Of a DNA stretch of 64,000 bases, positions 27,143 through 36,684 are shown piece by piece. A program made the position numbers and the translations under genes. Under the pieces are notes generated by a model. It searched no databases. It saw only the letters and a program-made list of their open reading frames with translations, and was not told the origin of the DNA. Source of the stretch: a virus; the IMG/VR virus record IMGVR_UViG_3300037468_000183, positions 40,081 through 104,080 of that record. One strand, written 5' to 3'. Within the stretch, counting starts at the first letter, position 1, and the number at the start of each line of letters is the position of its first letter.

Positions 27143-28185
27143 TGCCAACGCCTGATATCCTGGCCGTCTCAGCGCAATTCGAGGCGCAACTGGACGCCGG
27201 TTTCACGTCAGCGGCCACGACCATGACGGCGCAGTACGACCAGGTGCTACGCGGCATGGACGCGACGGTACAGGCGCTACACAAAGAATACGCCGCTCGT
27301 ACCGCAGCAGGCGAAACCATCAAGCCGTACATGATTGCGCAGGATGCGCGTTACCGGGAGCTAATGGCCCAAGTGCAGACGCAACTCGCGAGGCTGAGCA
27401 ACAGCGGCGCGCCAGCCATCGAAGATTTGCAACGCGCCGGCATCGTGACCGGCATGGACACGGCGGAAGCGCAAGTCAATGCGCTGGTGCCGCCGGGAGT
27501 ATCGATCCCGTTCAACCGTCTGCCTGTGGGCGCGCTGGAGAGCATGGTGGGCTTTCTGCAAGATGGCAGCCCGCTGAAGGCGCTCTTGGATGACATCGCC
27601 AAAGATGCGACGCGCGCCATTGGCGATTTGCTGGTGCGAGCAATTGCCGAGGGCTGGAATCCCAAGAAGACGGCGGCGGCTATCAAGCAGGCGGTCGGAG
27701 TGCCACTGACGCGGGCGTTGCGCATTGCACGCACGGAGCAACTGCGGGCGTGGCGCAAATCCAGTATCCAGGGCTATCGCGATCAAGGCGCGCTGATCAT
27801 CGGCTACCGTCGCCATGCGCAACAGGATACGCGCACGTGCTTTGCGTGTCTCATGCAAGACGGCCAAATGTATAGGCTAGAAGAAGATTTTACTGATCAT
27901 GTGCAAGGAAGATGTGCAGTTTTGCCGATTTCACGCTCCTGGAAGGACTTGGGCTTTCCCGACATCCCGGACACCAACGCCCAATGGCAACCGGGCAAAG
28001 ATTGGTTCTTGGAGCAGTCGGCTGCGGCACAGAAGGAGATTCTCGGCGCAGCGCGCTTCGGCGCCTGGAAGCGCGGCGAAGTGGGGCTAGAGGACATGCA
28101 GACGTTGCACAAGTCGGCCAAATGGGGCGACTCGTGGCAGGTGGCATCACTCAAACAGGCGAAAGCCAACGCAGGTGCGCCATGA
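27142..28185 (+). CDS. Minor head / head morphogenesis protein (SPP1 gp7 / Mu gpF-like)
   Basis: RALRIARTE, RTCFACL..DG, H..GRC. Confidence 0.85.
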   Translation: MPTPDILAVSAQFEAQLDAGFTSAATTMTAQYDQVLRGMDATVQALHKEYAARTAAGETIKPYMIAQDARYRELMAQVQTQLARLSNSGAPAIEDLQRAGIVTGMDTAEAQVNALVPPGVSIPFNRLPVGALESMVGFLQDGSPLKALLDDIAKDATRAIGDLLVRAIAEGWNPKKTAAAIKQAVGVPLTRALRIARTEQLRAWRKSSIQGYRDQGALIIGYRRHAQQDTRTCFACLMQDGQMYRLEEDFTDHVQGRCAVLPISRSWKDLGFPDIPDTNAQWQPGKDWFLEQSAAAQKEILGAARFGAWKRGEVGLEDMQTLHKSAKWGDSWQVASLKQAKANAGAP

Positions 28186-28385
28186 GCTACGGGCCAGCGG
28201 CAACAGCCAAAGTGACGACCGAACTCTACGCGGAGTGCCAAGTCTGCCATACGCAATGGCAGGTGTGGGGCGATCCGCCGACGAACACGAAGGGCTGTGC
28301 GTTCTGTGACGCACCAGCGGCTGCAATTATCACACATTCGGAAGCTATCAAGGTCGGTTCGACAACTGTCAGACAGACAGGCTAA
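28182..28385 (+). CDS. Small Zn-ribbon protein
   Basis: CQVC...CAFC; ATGA coupling. Confidence 0.55.
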   Translation: MSYGPAATAKVTTELYAECQVCHTQWQVWGDPPTNTKGCAFCDAPAAAIITHSEAIKVGSTTVRQTG

Positions 28386-28433
28386 CATTTCACATAACGC
28401 GACGCGGCGGTAAAACGCGGGGGAGACAAGATC

Positions 28434-29129
28434 ATGGCAGCGACAGACGAAACCAGCACAGTAAGCGCACCAGTGGCGCAAGCGGCATTGCCGGCGAGCG
28501 AGAAACCGGGCACAGTAGACGCACCAGCCAGCGGCAAAACGGCTGAGGAAGGCCGGACATTCACGCAGCAGGAAATCGACCGCATCGTGGCCGAGCGCCT
28601 GACGCGGCAGAAAGAAAAGTATGCCGACTACGAGGCGCTGAAGGACAAGGCCACCAAATGGGCGTCCTACGAGGAAGCGCAGAAGACCGAGACGCAGAAA
28701 CAGCAGGAACTATTCGCCAAGATGCAGTTGGAGCGTGATACCGCACTCCAGGTCGCCAATGACCGGCTGATTCGGGCGGCGTTTCTCGCAGACGCCGCAA
28801 GACTCGGCGTGCTGTATCCGGGCGATGTGTACGCGCTGGCCGATCTGTCTGGGGTAACGATTGACGAACGGGGCATGGTGCAAGGCGCAACGGAAGCCGT
28901 CAAAGCCGTGGTCGAAGCGGGCCGGGTGCCATTGCAGGCACAGGCTGGCGCTGGCATTGCGCCGAAACCACAGCCGGGCAAGCTCGACGGTGGGGCTGGC
29001 ACGGGCCACAAACGCACGGATGCGACGGCGACGCTGAGCGATGAGGAGTTAGCAATCGCACAACGGCTCGGCATCAGCCCTGAAAAGTACCTGGCTCGCC
29101 GCAAGGAAGTGCAAGCGACGCGCCAATAG
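28434..29129 (+). CDS. Head scaffolding protein
   Basis: TFTQQEIDRIVAERL...YADYEALK; C-terminal AQRLGISPEKY. Confidence 0.85.
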   Translation: MAATDETSTVSAPVAQAALPASEKPGTVDAPASGKTAEEGRTFTQQEIDRIVAERLTRQKEKYADYEALKDKATKWASYEEAQKTETQKQQELFAKMQLERDTALQVANDRLIRAAFLADAARLGVLYPGDVYALADLSGVTIDERGMVQGATEAVKAVVEAGRVPLQAQAGAGIAPKPQPGKLDGGAGTGHKRTDATATLSDEELAIAQRLGISPEKYLARRKEVQATRQ

Positions 29130-29137
29130 GTTGGCAG

Positions 29138-29821
29138 ATGATCATCTATGCGTTGACCGATCCCGATAGCGGAGAGATTCGCTACATAGGCAAGACGGGG
29201 CAGTCGCCCAAGTATCGCTTGACGCAACATCTCAAGCGGGCGCGGGATGGTAAGCCAGGGCATCTATGTTGTTGGTTGCGGATGTTGCTGCGCGAGGATC
29301 AGCGACCGGGTATCTGCGTTCTTGAAGAGCTTGCCGCCGATGCGGATTGGCAAGTATCCGAAAGAGCTTGGATCGAGCGCGGTCGGGTCGCGGGTTGGCC
29401 GTTGACGAACATGACGGCTGGCGGGGAAGGTCTTCTTGATCCGTCACCGGAGTTACGGCAGCAACGCGCTGAGCGGATGCGCGGCAATCACATTGCTGAT
29501 GGCAATCGCAACGCAGCGGGCGCACGGTCTGAGGCTTTTCGGCATAGAATGGCCGAGTCAGCCAGAGTGACCAAGAATCACAGCGGCCACGCACTTTCGG
29601 CTGAGACGCGCAAGGTGATCAGCGAGAAGTTGATGGGACACGAGACCGTCAAGGGCGAAGACAATGGTCAAGCCAGACTAACGGTAGAGCGGGTGCGCGA
29701 GATTCGTATGCGCTACGCCGCTGGCGGGATCAGTCATCGTACTTTGGCGCAAGAGTATGGCGTGCGCCATGAAACGATTCGCAAGGTTGTGAATCGCGAG
29801 ACTTGGCAACACGTTATGTGA
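29138..29821 (+). CDS. GIY-YIG / NUMOD3 homing endonuclease with C-terminal HTH
   Basis: IYALTDP...IRYIGKT, LTNMTAGGEG, GEDNGQARLT...LAQEYGV. Confidence 0.85.
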   Translation: MIIYALTDPDSGEIRYIGKTGQSPKYRLTQHLKRARDGKPGHLCCWLRMLLREDQRPGICVLEELAADADWQVSERAWIERGRVAGWPLTNMTAGGEGLLDPSPELRQQRAERMRGNHIADGNRNAAGARSEAFRHRMAESARVTKNHSGHALSAETRKVISEKLMGHETVKGEDNGQARLTVERVREIRMRYAAGGISHRTLAQEYGVRHETIRKVVNRETWQHVM

Positions 29822-29833
29822 GGAGCAAATATC

Positions 29834-30295
29834 ATGGCGACTAGGGGCTTTGAATTCGGGTACATGCTCGACGGGAGCATGGCGACACCCGTCATTCGCG
29901 ACTTCATCCTGAGCACGGCGGCGGCGCACAAGGCCGGCGACCTGATGGTGCTGGACTCGGATGGCGATCTGACGCAGGCGGCGACCAACGCCACGGAAGT
30001 AACGGCGGTGTGTCAAGAGACCGTCGCTGCCGCGGCGATCACGGCGAGCACGACAAAAGCCAAATGCGCGATCATCACGCGCAACCAGGTTTGGCGCTGT
30101 TCGACGGATAACGATCACTGGAATGCCTCGTGGGTCATCGGCTACACCAAGACCGGCAACCTTGTGGACTGCAACACCATCGACCACAACGTGCCGACCA
30201 GTGGCGGCATGATCCTGGTGGACACCGGCACGGATGACGAGGGCAAGGCAATGGGTTATGTCATCTTTGCCGATACCACGTTCGGCAACGCATAG
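29834..30295 (+). CDS. Capsid decoration/cement protein, paralogue 1
   Basis: Between scaffold and MCP; GFEF...GDL.V pattern. Confidence 0.7.
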   Translation: MATRGFEFGYMLDGSMATPVIRDFILSTAAAHKAGDLMVLDSDGDLTQAATNATEVTAVCQETVAAAAITASTTKAKCAIITRNQVWRCSTDNDHWNASWVIGYTKTGNLVDCNTIDHNVPTSGGMILVDTGTDDEGKAMGYVIFADTTFGNA

Positions 30296-30304
30296 GAGGC
30301 GAAC

Positions 30305-30760
30305 ATGGCTACTGCTGGATTCGAGTTCGCCTACTCTCTGGACGGCAGCCACGCGACGCCGGTTATCCGGGATCTCCCGGTACACGGCACCGGGGCCTAT
30401 GCCATCGGCGACCTGGTGGTCGTTAACGGTTCTGCGGGCGGCGAGGTGGTGCGCGTCACTAGCACGACCGCGGAAGTAACCGGCGTGATGCAGGAGACGC
30501 GGGCGTCCGGGTCGGATGCCGCGCTAATGAAGGTCGCGCTCATCATGCGGGAACAGGTCTGGCGTTGCTCGATGGACGCGGCGACCACGGCGTTCGTCGT
30601 CGGCTACACCAAGAGCATCGACACGACGGATCACAACACCATCAGCGCGAGCGATTCGACTGGCGGCAAGATGATCCTGGTGGACAAGTCTGAACTCGAT
30701 GGCGACGGCAACGTTCTGGCCTACGTGGTGTTTTCGGATACCACGTTCGGCAATACATAG
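30305..30760 (+). CDS. Capsid decoration/cement protein, paralogue 2
   Basis: Tandem paralogue of the preceding gene. Confidence 0.7.
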   Translation: MATAGFEFAYSLDGSHATPVIRDLPVHGTGAYAIGDLVVVNGSAGGEVVRVTSTTAEVTGVMQETRASGSDAALMKVALIMREQVWRCSMDAATTAFVVGYTKSIDTTDHNTISASDSTGGKMILVDKSELDGDGNVLAYVVFSDTTFGNT

Positions 30761-30772
30761 GACAGGTGACAC

Positions 30773-31681
30773 ATGGCAATCTCCGAACAATGGGCGCAGT
30801 TGCTCGAACCGGGCCTGCGCGAAGTTTTCTATCACACGGTGGAGCCGTTGGCGACCGCCAGCCGCATTCCACTGCTGTTCGACGTTGGCGGTAGCACGAA
30901 GGCCGCTGAGTCATTCCTGAGCGCCGGCGCGATGGGCAACTGGAAGACCTTCAAGGGCGCTATCGAGTATGACGACATCGACCAGGGCTACAAGACCACC
31001 CTGACGCACGAGGAATACGTGCAGGGCTTCAAGATCGAGCGCAAGCTGGTCGAAGACGACCAGTACGGGCTGTTCATGGATCGCCCGGCTGAGCTGGCAA
31101 TGTCGGCCATGCGCACGCGCGAGAACCATGCGGCGAGCGTGTTCTCCAACGCCTTCACGGGCGGGGCCACTGCGGGCGGCGATGCCGTGGCGCTGTGCTC
31201 GGACTCGCATCCCAATTCGCCAGCCAACGCCGGCTCGACGCAGGACAACAACGGCTTGCTCTCGCTGAGCTACGCCAACGTCGAAGCCGTGCGCCAACTG
31301 ATGCGCGCTTGGAAGGACGACCGCGGCAATCTGATTCCCGTCAATCCCGATACGCTGCTGGTGCCGGCTGAGTTGGAGAAGACGGCCTTCGAGATCGTGC
31401 GCACGGCGAACGTGCCGGACACGACCGACTACAAGGCCAACTTCGTCGCCGGCTTCATCCGCCAAACCATCGTCTGGGACTATCTGACGGATGCGAATGC
31501 CTGGTTCGTCATCGACTCGATGCGCATGAAGCAGGCGCTCAAGTGGATCGACCGGGTACCGCTGGAGTTCGCGCTCGATCCGACCAGCAATTTCCGGCTG
31601 GAGTCGCGCTGGCGCGGGTACATGCGCTACAGCTACGGCTTCAAAGATTGGCGCTGGATTTACGGGAACAACCCGTCATAA
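30773..31681 (+). CDS. Major capsid protein (Mu gpT-like family)
   Basis: LLEPGLREVF, ERKLVEDDQY, ALCSDSHP, PDTLLVP.ELE, YLTD..AWF, RYSYGFKDWR. Confidence 0.9.
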   Translation: MAISEQWAQLLEPGLREVFYHTVEPLATASRIPLLFDVGGSTKAAESFLSAGAMGNWKTFKGAIEYDDIDQGYKTTLTHEEYVQGFKIERKLVEDDQYGLFMDRPAELAMSAMRTRENHAASVFSNAFTGGATAGGDAVALCSDSHPNSPANAGSTQDNNGLLSLSYANVEAVRQLMRAWKDDRGNLIPVNPDTLLVPAELEKTAFEIVRTANVPDTTDYKANFVAGFIRQTIVWDYLTDANAWFVIDSMRMKQALKWIDRVPLEFALDPTSNFRLESRWRGYMRYSYGFKDWRWIYGNNPS

Positions 31682-31705
31682 GGCTACAGCCTGAGGAGGG
31701 TTGAC

Positions 31706-32455
31706 ATGGCACAATCAAATCTGAGCGGCCCGCTCAACATCGACGGCGCGCTGGTGGTTGGCGGCGCGGCGACGATTGCGGGCGGCATCACTTTCAGCGG
31801 TGGCACGATCAACGCGGAGAACGCGTTGGACGTGACGGGCGGCACCATCACCGTGGCAGATGTGACGGCGACGGGCGTGGTGTCTGCCGGAAACTTCACC
31901 TCGTTGGGCACGGCGGGCATTCACAACGCTGTGACCGTCCACAGCCTCGTCAACGAAGGTGCGTATTCCGGCTTCGGTACAGTCGGCATCCATGAAGCGT
32001 TGTCTGTCCACAGCCTGGTTGACGAAGGCGCACTGACGGCGCTCGGCACGACCGGACTGCAAGCGACGACCGTCTTCGGGGCACTGAACGTCATCGGCAC
32101 GGCGGGCGTACACGCCGCGGTGTCGGTGCATTCGCTGGCCTCGGAAGGCGCGATCACCGCCACGACGATCTCCGGCACCGACCTGAGCATGGTTGGCACG
32201 GCGGGCGTGCATGGCGAATTGACGGCGCACAGCATCGTGGACGAAGGCGCGTTGACGACGCTCGGCACGCTGGGCGTGCATGGCACGGCATTCGGTTTCG
32301 GCACGCAGATTTTCGGCCAAGCCGCGACGATTCCGGTGGCGGGCGGCTTCATCGGCAACATCCGCTGGAATACCGCACCGGTGGTGACAGGGCCTATCGG
32401 GTGGGTCTGCACTGCGCCAGGCACCTGGTCAGCGTTCGGGACGATTGCCGCATAA
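31706..32455 (+). CDS. Head fibre-like protein with His-containing repeats
   Basis: Follows MCP; GTxGxHxxxxxHSxxxEG repeats; C-terminal GWVCT..GTW..FG. Confidence 0.6.
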   Translation: MAQSNLSGPLNIDGALVVGGAATIAGGITFSGGTINAENALDVTGGTITVADVTATGVVSAGNFTSLGTAGIHNAVTVHSLVNEGAYSGFGTVGIHEALSVHSLVDEGALTALGTTGLQATTVFGALNVIGTAGVHAAVSVHSLASEGAITATTISGTDLSMVGTAGVHGELTAHSIVDEGALTTLGTLGVHGTAFGFGTQIFGQAATIPVAGGFIGNIRWNTAPVVTGPIGWVCTAPGTWSAFGTIAA

Positions 32456-32464
32456 GGGGGGCCA

Positions 32465-32806
32465 ATGTTGACACAGATTGGTCTTCCACCGCTGACGACG
32501 AACACAACGGGTTCGGTCGTGAGCGTCACGCCGGTCGAGGCCGAGTTGCTGGCGATTTACGTCTCCAGCAACAGCCTGGGCACCGTGACGCTCGCGACCA
32601 CCAGTCCCGCGCCTATGACGATTATGACGCTGGACACGGTAGGTACGGCGTGGTTCTATCCACGCGTACCCCTCAACACGGCGGGCACTGCCGCGGGAAC
32701 GATCCTGCTTTCCGGCGCTTACGACATCATGCCCCTGACGGGCTACGTGCAGGTCAGCACGAACGCGGCGGGCACGGTCAATGTGACGCTGGTAGTGGAG
32801 ATGTGA
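32465..32806 (+). CDS. Small beta-rich virion protein
   Basis: Position and T/V-rich composition. Confidence 0.6.
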   Translation: MLTQIGLPPLTTNTTGSVVSVTPVEAELLAIYVSSNSLGTVTLATTSPAPMTIMTLDTVGTAWFYPRVPLNTAGTAAGTILLSGAYDIMPLTGYVQVSTNAAGTVNVTLVVEM

Positions 32807-32811
32807 TAGAC

Positions 32812-32839
32812 GAGGGGCGGACATGTCCGCCCCTCTTTT
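32812..32839 (+). terminator. Intrinsic terminator
   Basis: GAGGGGCGGACATGTCCGCCCCTC palindrome followed by TTTT. Confidence 0.7.
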
Positions 32840-32854
32840 ACAGGAGACAAAATC

Positions 32855-33448
32855 ATGGCAGACGAAGACACAACCTGGAAAGAGACGGTCGAACAGGCCA
32901 ACTCACAAAATCTCAAGCGTTTCGTTGACGAGTGGGCGGAGGTCTCGCACAACAAGGCGAGCCAGCAAGCAGGCCTCCAAGACTCGGTCAACAGCCTATT
33001 CCTGAAATGGGCGATGGACGCGCAGGGCATCACCAATCGCGCGGCAAACGACGGTGCGAACGTCAGCGCAACCCTCAACAGCGCGATGGCGTTGGCGTCG
33101 GCGCGCGGCAATGATGCTGCCGGGGCAATGCAGAACCTGATTCTTGCCGCGGCCCTGGGGCAGCAGGTGAGCATCAACAAGATGGCCGCCGAGACTGCGA
33201 GCGCGGATATTGTCGCCAAGAAAGCCGTGGACGCGGCAACGGCGGCCATGACCGGCACCAGTGCGCCGGCGCAAGGCACGTCCGGTTTCGCGCAAGGCTC
33301 GATCCAGGGCACGGGCGGCGTTGCGACATCGGCTATCATGGCGCAGATCACCAAGCTCGGTGAGGTCAATACCGCAGTGCTGGCTTCGTTGGCAGTACTG
33401 GCCGAGAAAGTCGCGGCGCTGGAAGTGGCAACCAAACCGGCTGCGTAG
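32855..33448 (+). CDS. Ala/Gln/Asn-rich helical hypothetical protein
   Basis: AGGAG RBS; flanked by hairpins. Confidence 0.7.
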   Translation: MADEDTTWKETVEQANSQNLKRFVDEWAEVSHNKASQQAGLQDSVNSLFLKWAMDAQGITNRAANDGANVSATLNSAMALASARGNDAAGAMQNLILAAALGQQVSINKMAAETASADIVAKKAVDAATAAMTGTSAPAQGTSGFAQGSIQGTGGVATSAIMAQITKLGEVNTAVLASLAVLAEKVAALEVATKPAA

Positions 33449-33471
33449 TAAGCGGAGTAAGCGGAGTAAGT

Positions 33472-33503
33472 TTGCCGCCTGTCTGACGCATTGACAGGCG
33501 GCA
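33472..33503. terminator. Stable hairpin (terminator or processing site)
   Basis: TTGCCGCCTGTC-loop-GACAGGCGGCAA, preceded by GCGGAGTAA tandem repeats. Confidence 0.55.
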
Positions 33504-33519
33504 AGAGGAAGTAGCGCCA

Positions 33520-33912
33520 ATGTCATTCACCTACGGGCGAGCATTGACCACGGATCGCGACCGGCTGCGCTTCTACATCGGGGACGTGACCAGCGGCAGC
33601 GGGCCATTGCCGGGCAGCGTCAACTTCACGGACGAAGAGCTTGACGGGCTGTTGACTACCGAGGGCGCATGGCAGCGCGCCGAAGCCGCGGCTTTCGAGC
33701 GCCTGGCGGCGGCATGGATGGGGCATCCATCATTCTCGGCAGATGGCCTGCAACTGTCACGCTCGGATATCGCAAAAGGTTATGCCGAGAAAGCCGCGGC
33801 TTTGCGCAAAAAGTATGGCTCATCCACGGCGACGAATGTCAGCCGCGTCGGATCGCACGCGGTTACGCGCGTCGATGGTTACTCGGACGATGTGACCAGT
33901 TGGGAGACCTGA
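33520..33912 (+). CDS. Head-tail adaptor (connector) protein
   Basis: DRDRLRFYIGD...FTDEELD.LL pattern. Confidence 0.75.
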   Translation: MSFTYGRALTTDRDRLRFYIGDVTSGSGPLPGSVNFTDEELDGLLTTEGAWQRAEAAAFERLAAAWMGHPSFSADGLQLSRSDIAKGYAEKAAALRKKYGSSTATNVSRVGSHAVTRVDGYSDDVTSWET

Positions 33913-35015
33913 TGCTGCACGTGTGGGAGCCAGTGCTCGACGGTAATGAGACGGCCTACGTCATGGCGGCCTTGACCGCCCGGAGGTTATCGGCGGATGC
34001 ACACGTATCGCAGTTTGAAGCGGCGTTTGCGGAGTTGGCTGGCTGCGCATGGGGTGTTGCGGTATCGAGTGGGACTACGGCGTTACATCTGATGCTCGCG
34101 GCGCTCGGCATCGGGCCGGGTGATGAGGTCATTCTACCCGCGCTAACTTTTGTCGCCACAGCGAACGCCGTGCGCTACTGCGGCGCCACGCCGGTACTGG
34201 CGGACATTGATCCTGACACATGGTGCATCGATCCTGAGCAAGTGCTCCAATGCAGCGGGCCGCGCACGAAAGCCGTGCTCGCCGTGCATCTCTACGGGCA
34301 GCCGGCTGACATGCTCCAATTGCAAACGTTGTGCGACGCGACGGGTTGGCTCTTGCTCGAAGACGCTGCCGAAGCGCCTGGGGCACGGCTGGCCGGACAA
34401 CCCGTTGGCGGATTCGGCGCAGCAGCGGCGTTCTCGTTCTACGCTAACAAGACCATCACCACCGGCGAAGGCGGCATGGTGACGACTTCCGACGACCGGC
34501 TTGTCGAACGCCTGCGTCTGCTGCGCGGCCAGGGGCAGGATCCAAAACGGCGCTACTGGCATACTGAGGTCGGCTACAACTATCGCATGAGCGAACTGCA
34601 AGGCGCATTGGGACTGGCGCAAGTCGAACAGATCGACAAGCGGCTCTACGAAGCGCGCCTTCTCGCGCGCACGTATCGGGCCTATCCGCAGACGACCTGG
34701 CGCTGGCAGCACAGCTATCGCCGCGCCGAACCGTCCTTCTGGGCCAATGTCGCGCTGTTGCCGGAGGGCGTCAACCGCGATGCCGTGGCACAGGAATTGT
34801 TGGCGCAGGGTATCGAGACGCGCCCGGCCTTCTACCCGTTGCACCTGTTGCCGGCGTATCAGGGCTACGGCGCGCCGGGTGACTATCCGGTGGCGGAGCG
34901 CGTCGGCAGGCAGGGCCTCGTGCTGCCGAGTCACAGCCTGGTCACGGATGTGGATGCGTGGCGCGTATGCGAGACGTTGGAGCGCGTGTGTCAGGCGCAG
35001 GCGGTGCTGGTATGA
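33912..35015 (+). CDS. DegT/DnrJ/EryC1/StrS PLP sugar aminotransferase (perosamine synthase-like)
   Basis: SSGTTALHL, GPGDEVILPALTFVATANA, VHLYG, EDAAEA, SFYANKTITTGEGG, GYNYRM. Confidence 0.95.
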   Translation: MLHVWEPVLDGNETAYVMAALTARRLSADAHVSQFEAAFAELAGCAWGVAVSSGTTALHLMLAALGIGPGDEVILPALTFVATANAVRYCGATPVLADIDPDTWCIDPEQVLQCSGPRTKAVLAVHLYGQPADMLQLQTLCDATGWLLLEDAAEAPGARLAGQPVGGFGAAAAFSFYANKTITTGEGGMVTTSDDRLVERLRLLRGQGQDPKRRYWHTEVGYNYRMSELQGALGLAQVEQIDKRLYEARLLARTYRAYPQTTWRWQHSYRRAEPSFWANVALLPEGVNRDAVAQELLAQGIETRPAFYPLHLLPAYQGYGAPGDYPVAERVGRQGLVLPSHSLVTDVDAWRVCETLERVCQAQAVLV

Positions 35016-36055
35016 TTGACTTGCGCCTGGGCGACTGCTTGGAGCTTATGCCGACGCTGCCGGATAACAGCGTTGACCTGGTGCTTACCGATCCGCCCTA
35101 CTACAAGGTCAAGACGGAGCCGTGGGACAGGCAATGGGACACCGCAGCGGGCTTCCTGGCGTGGCTTGACAAGTTGCTGGCAGAGTTTCAACGGGTGCTC
35201 AAGCCCAACGGATCGCTATACCTGTTTGCCGCGCCGAAGATGGCGGCGAGAGTGGAAGTGCTGATAGGCGAGCGGTTCAACGTGCTGAACTCGATAACGT
35301 GGATCAAAGAGAATGGTTGGCATCAGCATCAGCACGAAGAAGATTTACGGTCATGGTTCCCGCAAACGGAACGCCTGATCTTTGCTGAGCACTACGGGGC
35401 CGACAACATCGCGAAAGGCGAAGCGGGCTACGTTGCCAAGTGCGACGAATTGCGGGGCTTCATCTTCGAGCCGTTGCGGGCGTATCTGGACGGGGAGCGG
35501 ATACGGGCGGGGCTTTCGGTGCAGGACGTTGCGGAAGCGTGGCGCGTCAAGACCGGCAACGCAGAGCGTACCGGCATGGCTGGACACTGGTTTTCGACGG
35601 TGCAATGGACGCCACCCACAGCAGATAATTACGGATGGCTGCGTGAGACGTTCGCCCGCCTCAACCACGGCGGCGACTACCTGCGGCGGGAGTACGAAGA
35701 CCTGCGGCGGGAGTACGAAGACCTGCGGCGCGAGTACGAAGACCTGCGGCGGCCATTCGCCGTCACCGCCGCTGTGCCGTATACCGATGTCTGGACGTTT
35801 CCGACCGTGGCGCACTATCCCGGCAAGCATCCTTGCGAAAAGCCGCTGCCGCTGCTGAAGCATATCATCACAGCGAGCAGCAAGCCGGGGGCGGTGGTGC
35901 TGGATGCCTGCATGGGCCACGGCAACACCGGCATTGCGGCGCGCGACCTGGGGCGGCGGTTCATCGGCATGGAACAACATGCGCCGTACTTCGCGCGGGC
36001 ACAAGCCCGTCTCGCAACGACGCAATTGCAAATGCCACTGGAGGCGACAGCATGA
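35012..36055 (+). CDS. N6-adenine/N4-cytosine DNA methyltransferase
   Basis: LTDPPY, (RREYEDL)x3, HPCEKP, LDACMGHG. Confidence 0.9.
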   Translation: MIDLRLGDCLELMPTLPDNSVDLVLTDPPYYKVKTEPWDRQWDTAAGFLAWLDKLLAEFQRVLKPNGSLYLFAAPKMAARVEVLIGERFNVLNSITWIKENGWHQHQHEEDLRSWFPQTERLIFAEHYGADNIAKGEAGYVAKCDELRGFIFEPLRAYLDGERIRAGLSVQDVAEAWRVKTGNAERTGMAGHWFSTVQWTPPTADNYGWLRETFARLNHGGDYLRREYEDLRREYEDLRREYEDLRRPFAVTAAVPYTDVWTFPTVAHYPGKHPCEKPLPLLKHIITASSKPGAVVLDACMGHGNTGIAARDLGRRFIGMEQHAPYFARAQARLATTQLQMPLEATA

Positions 36056-36684
36056 AAGACGCGCTGCTGCTCCAGGTCGGCATCGGCGCTGAGTTTGCGG
36101 CCATGCTCGACGCCAGCCATGCGCGGCATGTGGCGTATTGCGCCGCGCACGGCTTTGACTTCCTAGACATAACGGAGCCGGTCGCGCCGACGCCTCCGAT
36201 GTGGCAGCGGTATTTCTGCATCGCCTGGGCCTTCACGGCGGGTTATCAGTTCGTGGCGGCGTTGGATGCCGATGCGCTGATAGCCAACACCCGCATTGAT
36301 CTGCGCTCGGCCAGCACCAAGCCGCTGGCGATGAAGTGGGCGCAAGCGCCAGGCGGTGAACCACCCGGCTACAATGCCGGTGCGATATTCGCCAGGGCCG
36401 CGAGTGCTCCGCTATTCGATGAGATGACGCTGCGTGCGCCAGGGCCGGGCGTCAAGCAAGATGGGCCGTGGTGGTTGTTGCAAGACGGCGAACAACGCAT
36501 TCTGAACGAACTGCTCAGACAGGAGCGCTGGGCCATGCAAACCGAGCCGCTAGGCATGTTCTGGAATTGCGTGCTCGGTATCGAAGATGTGCCACAGCCG
36601 GTTGTCGTGGCGTGGCACGGCATCGAAGACACCGGCGAGCGCCTGCGGCTGCTGCGCCAATGGTTGCAGAGGAATAGCGCATGA
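36052..36684 (+). CDS. GT-A glycosyltransferase (GT34/MNN10-like)
   Basis: YCAAHGFDF, LDADA (DxD), YNAGAIF, EQ..LN, WN, WHG. Confidence 0.7.
   Translation: MKDALLLQVGIGAEFAAMLDASHARHVAYCAAHGFDFLDITEPVAPTPPMWQRYFCIAWAFTAGYQFVAALDADALIANTRIDLRSASTKPLAMKWAQAPGGEPPGYNAGAIFARAASAPLFDEMTLRAPGPGVKQDGPWWLLQDGEQRILNELLRQERWAMQTEPLGMFWNCVLGIEDVPQPVVVAWHGIEDTGERLRLLRQWLQRNSA

Noticed and set aside
35681-35751. 21-bp tandem repeat (RREYEDL)x3 as a special element
   Set aside because: In-frame coiled-coil repeat already familiar in this phage MTase family
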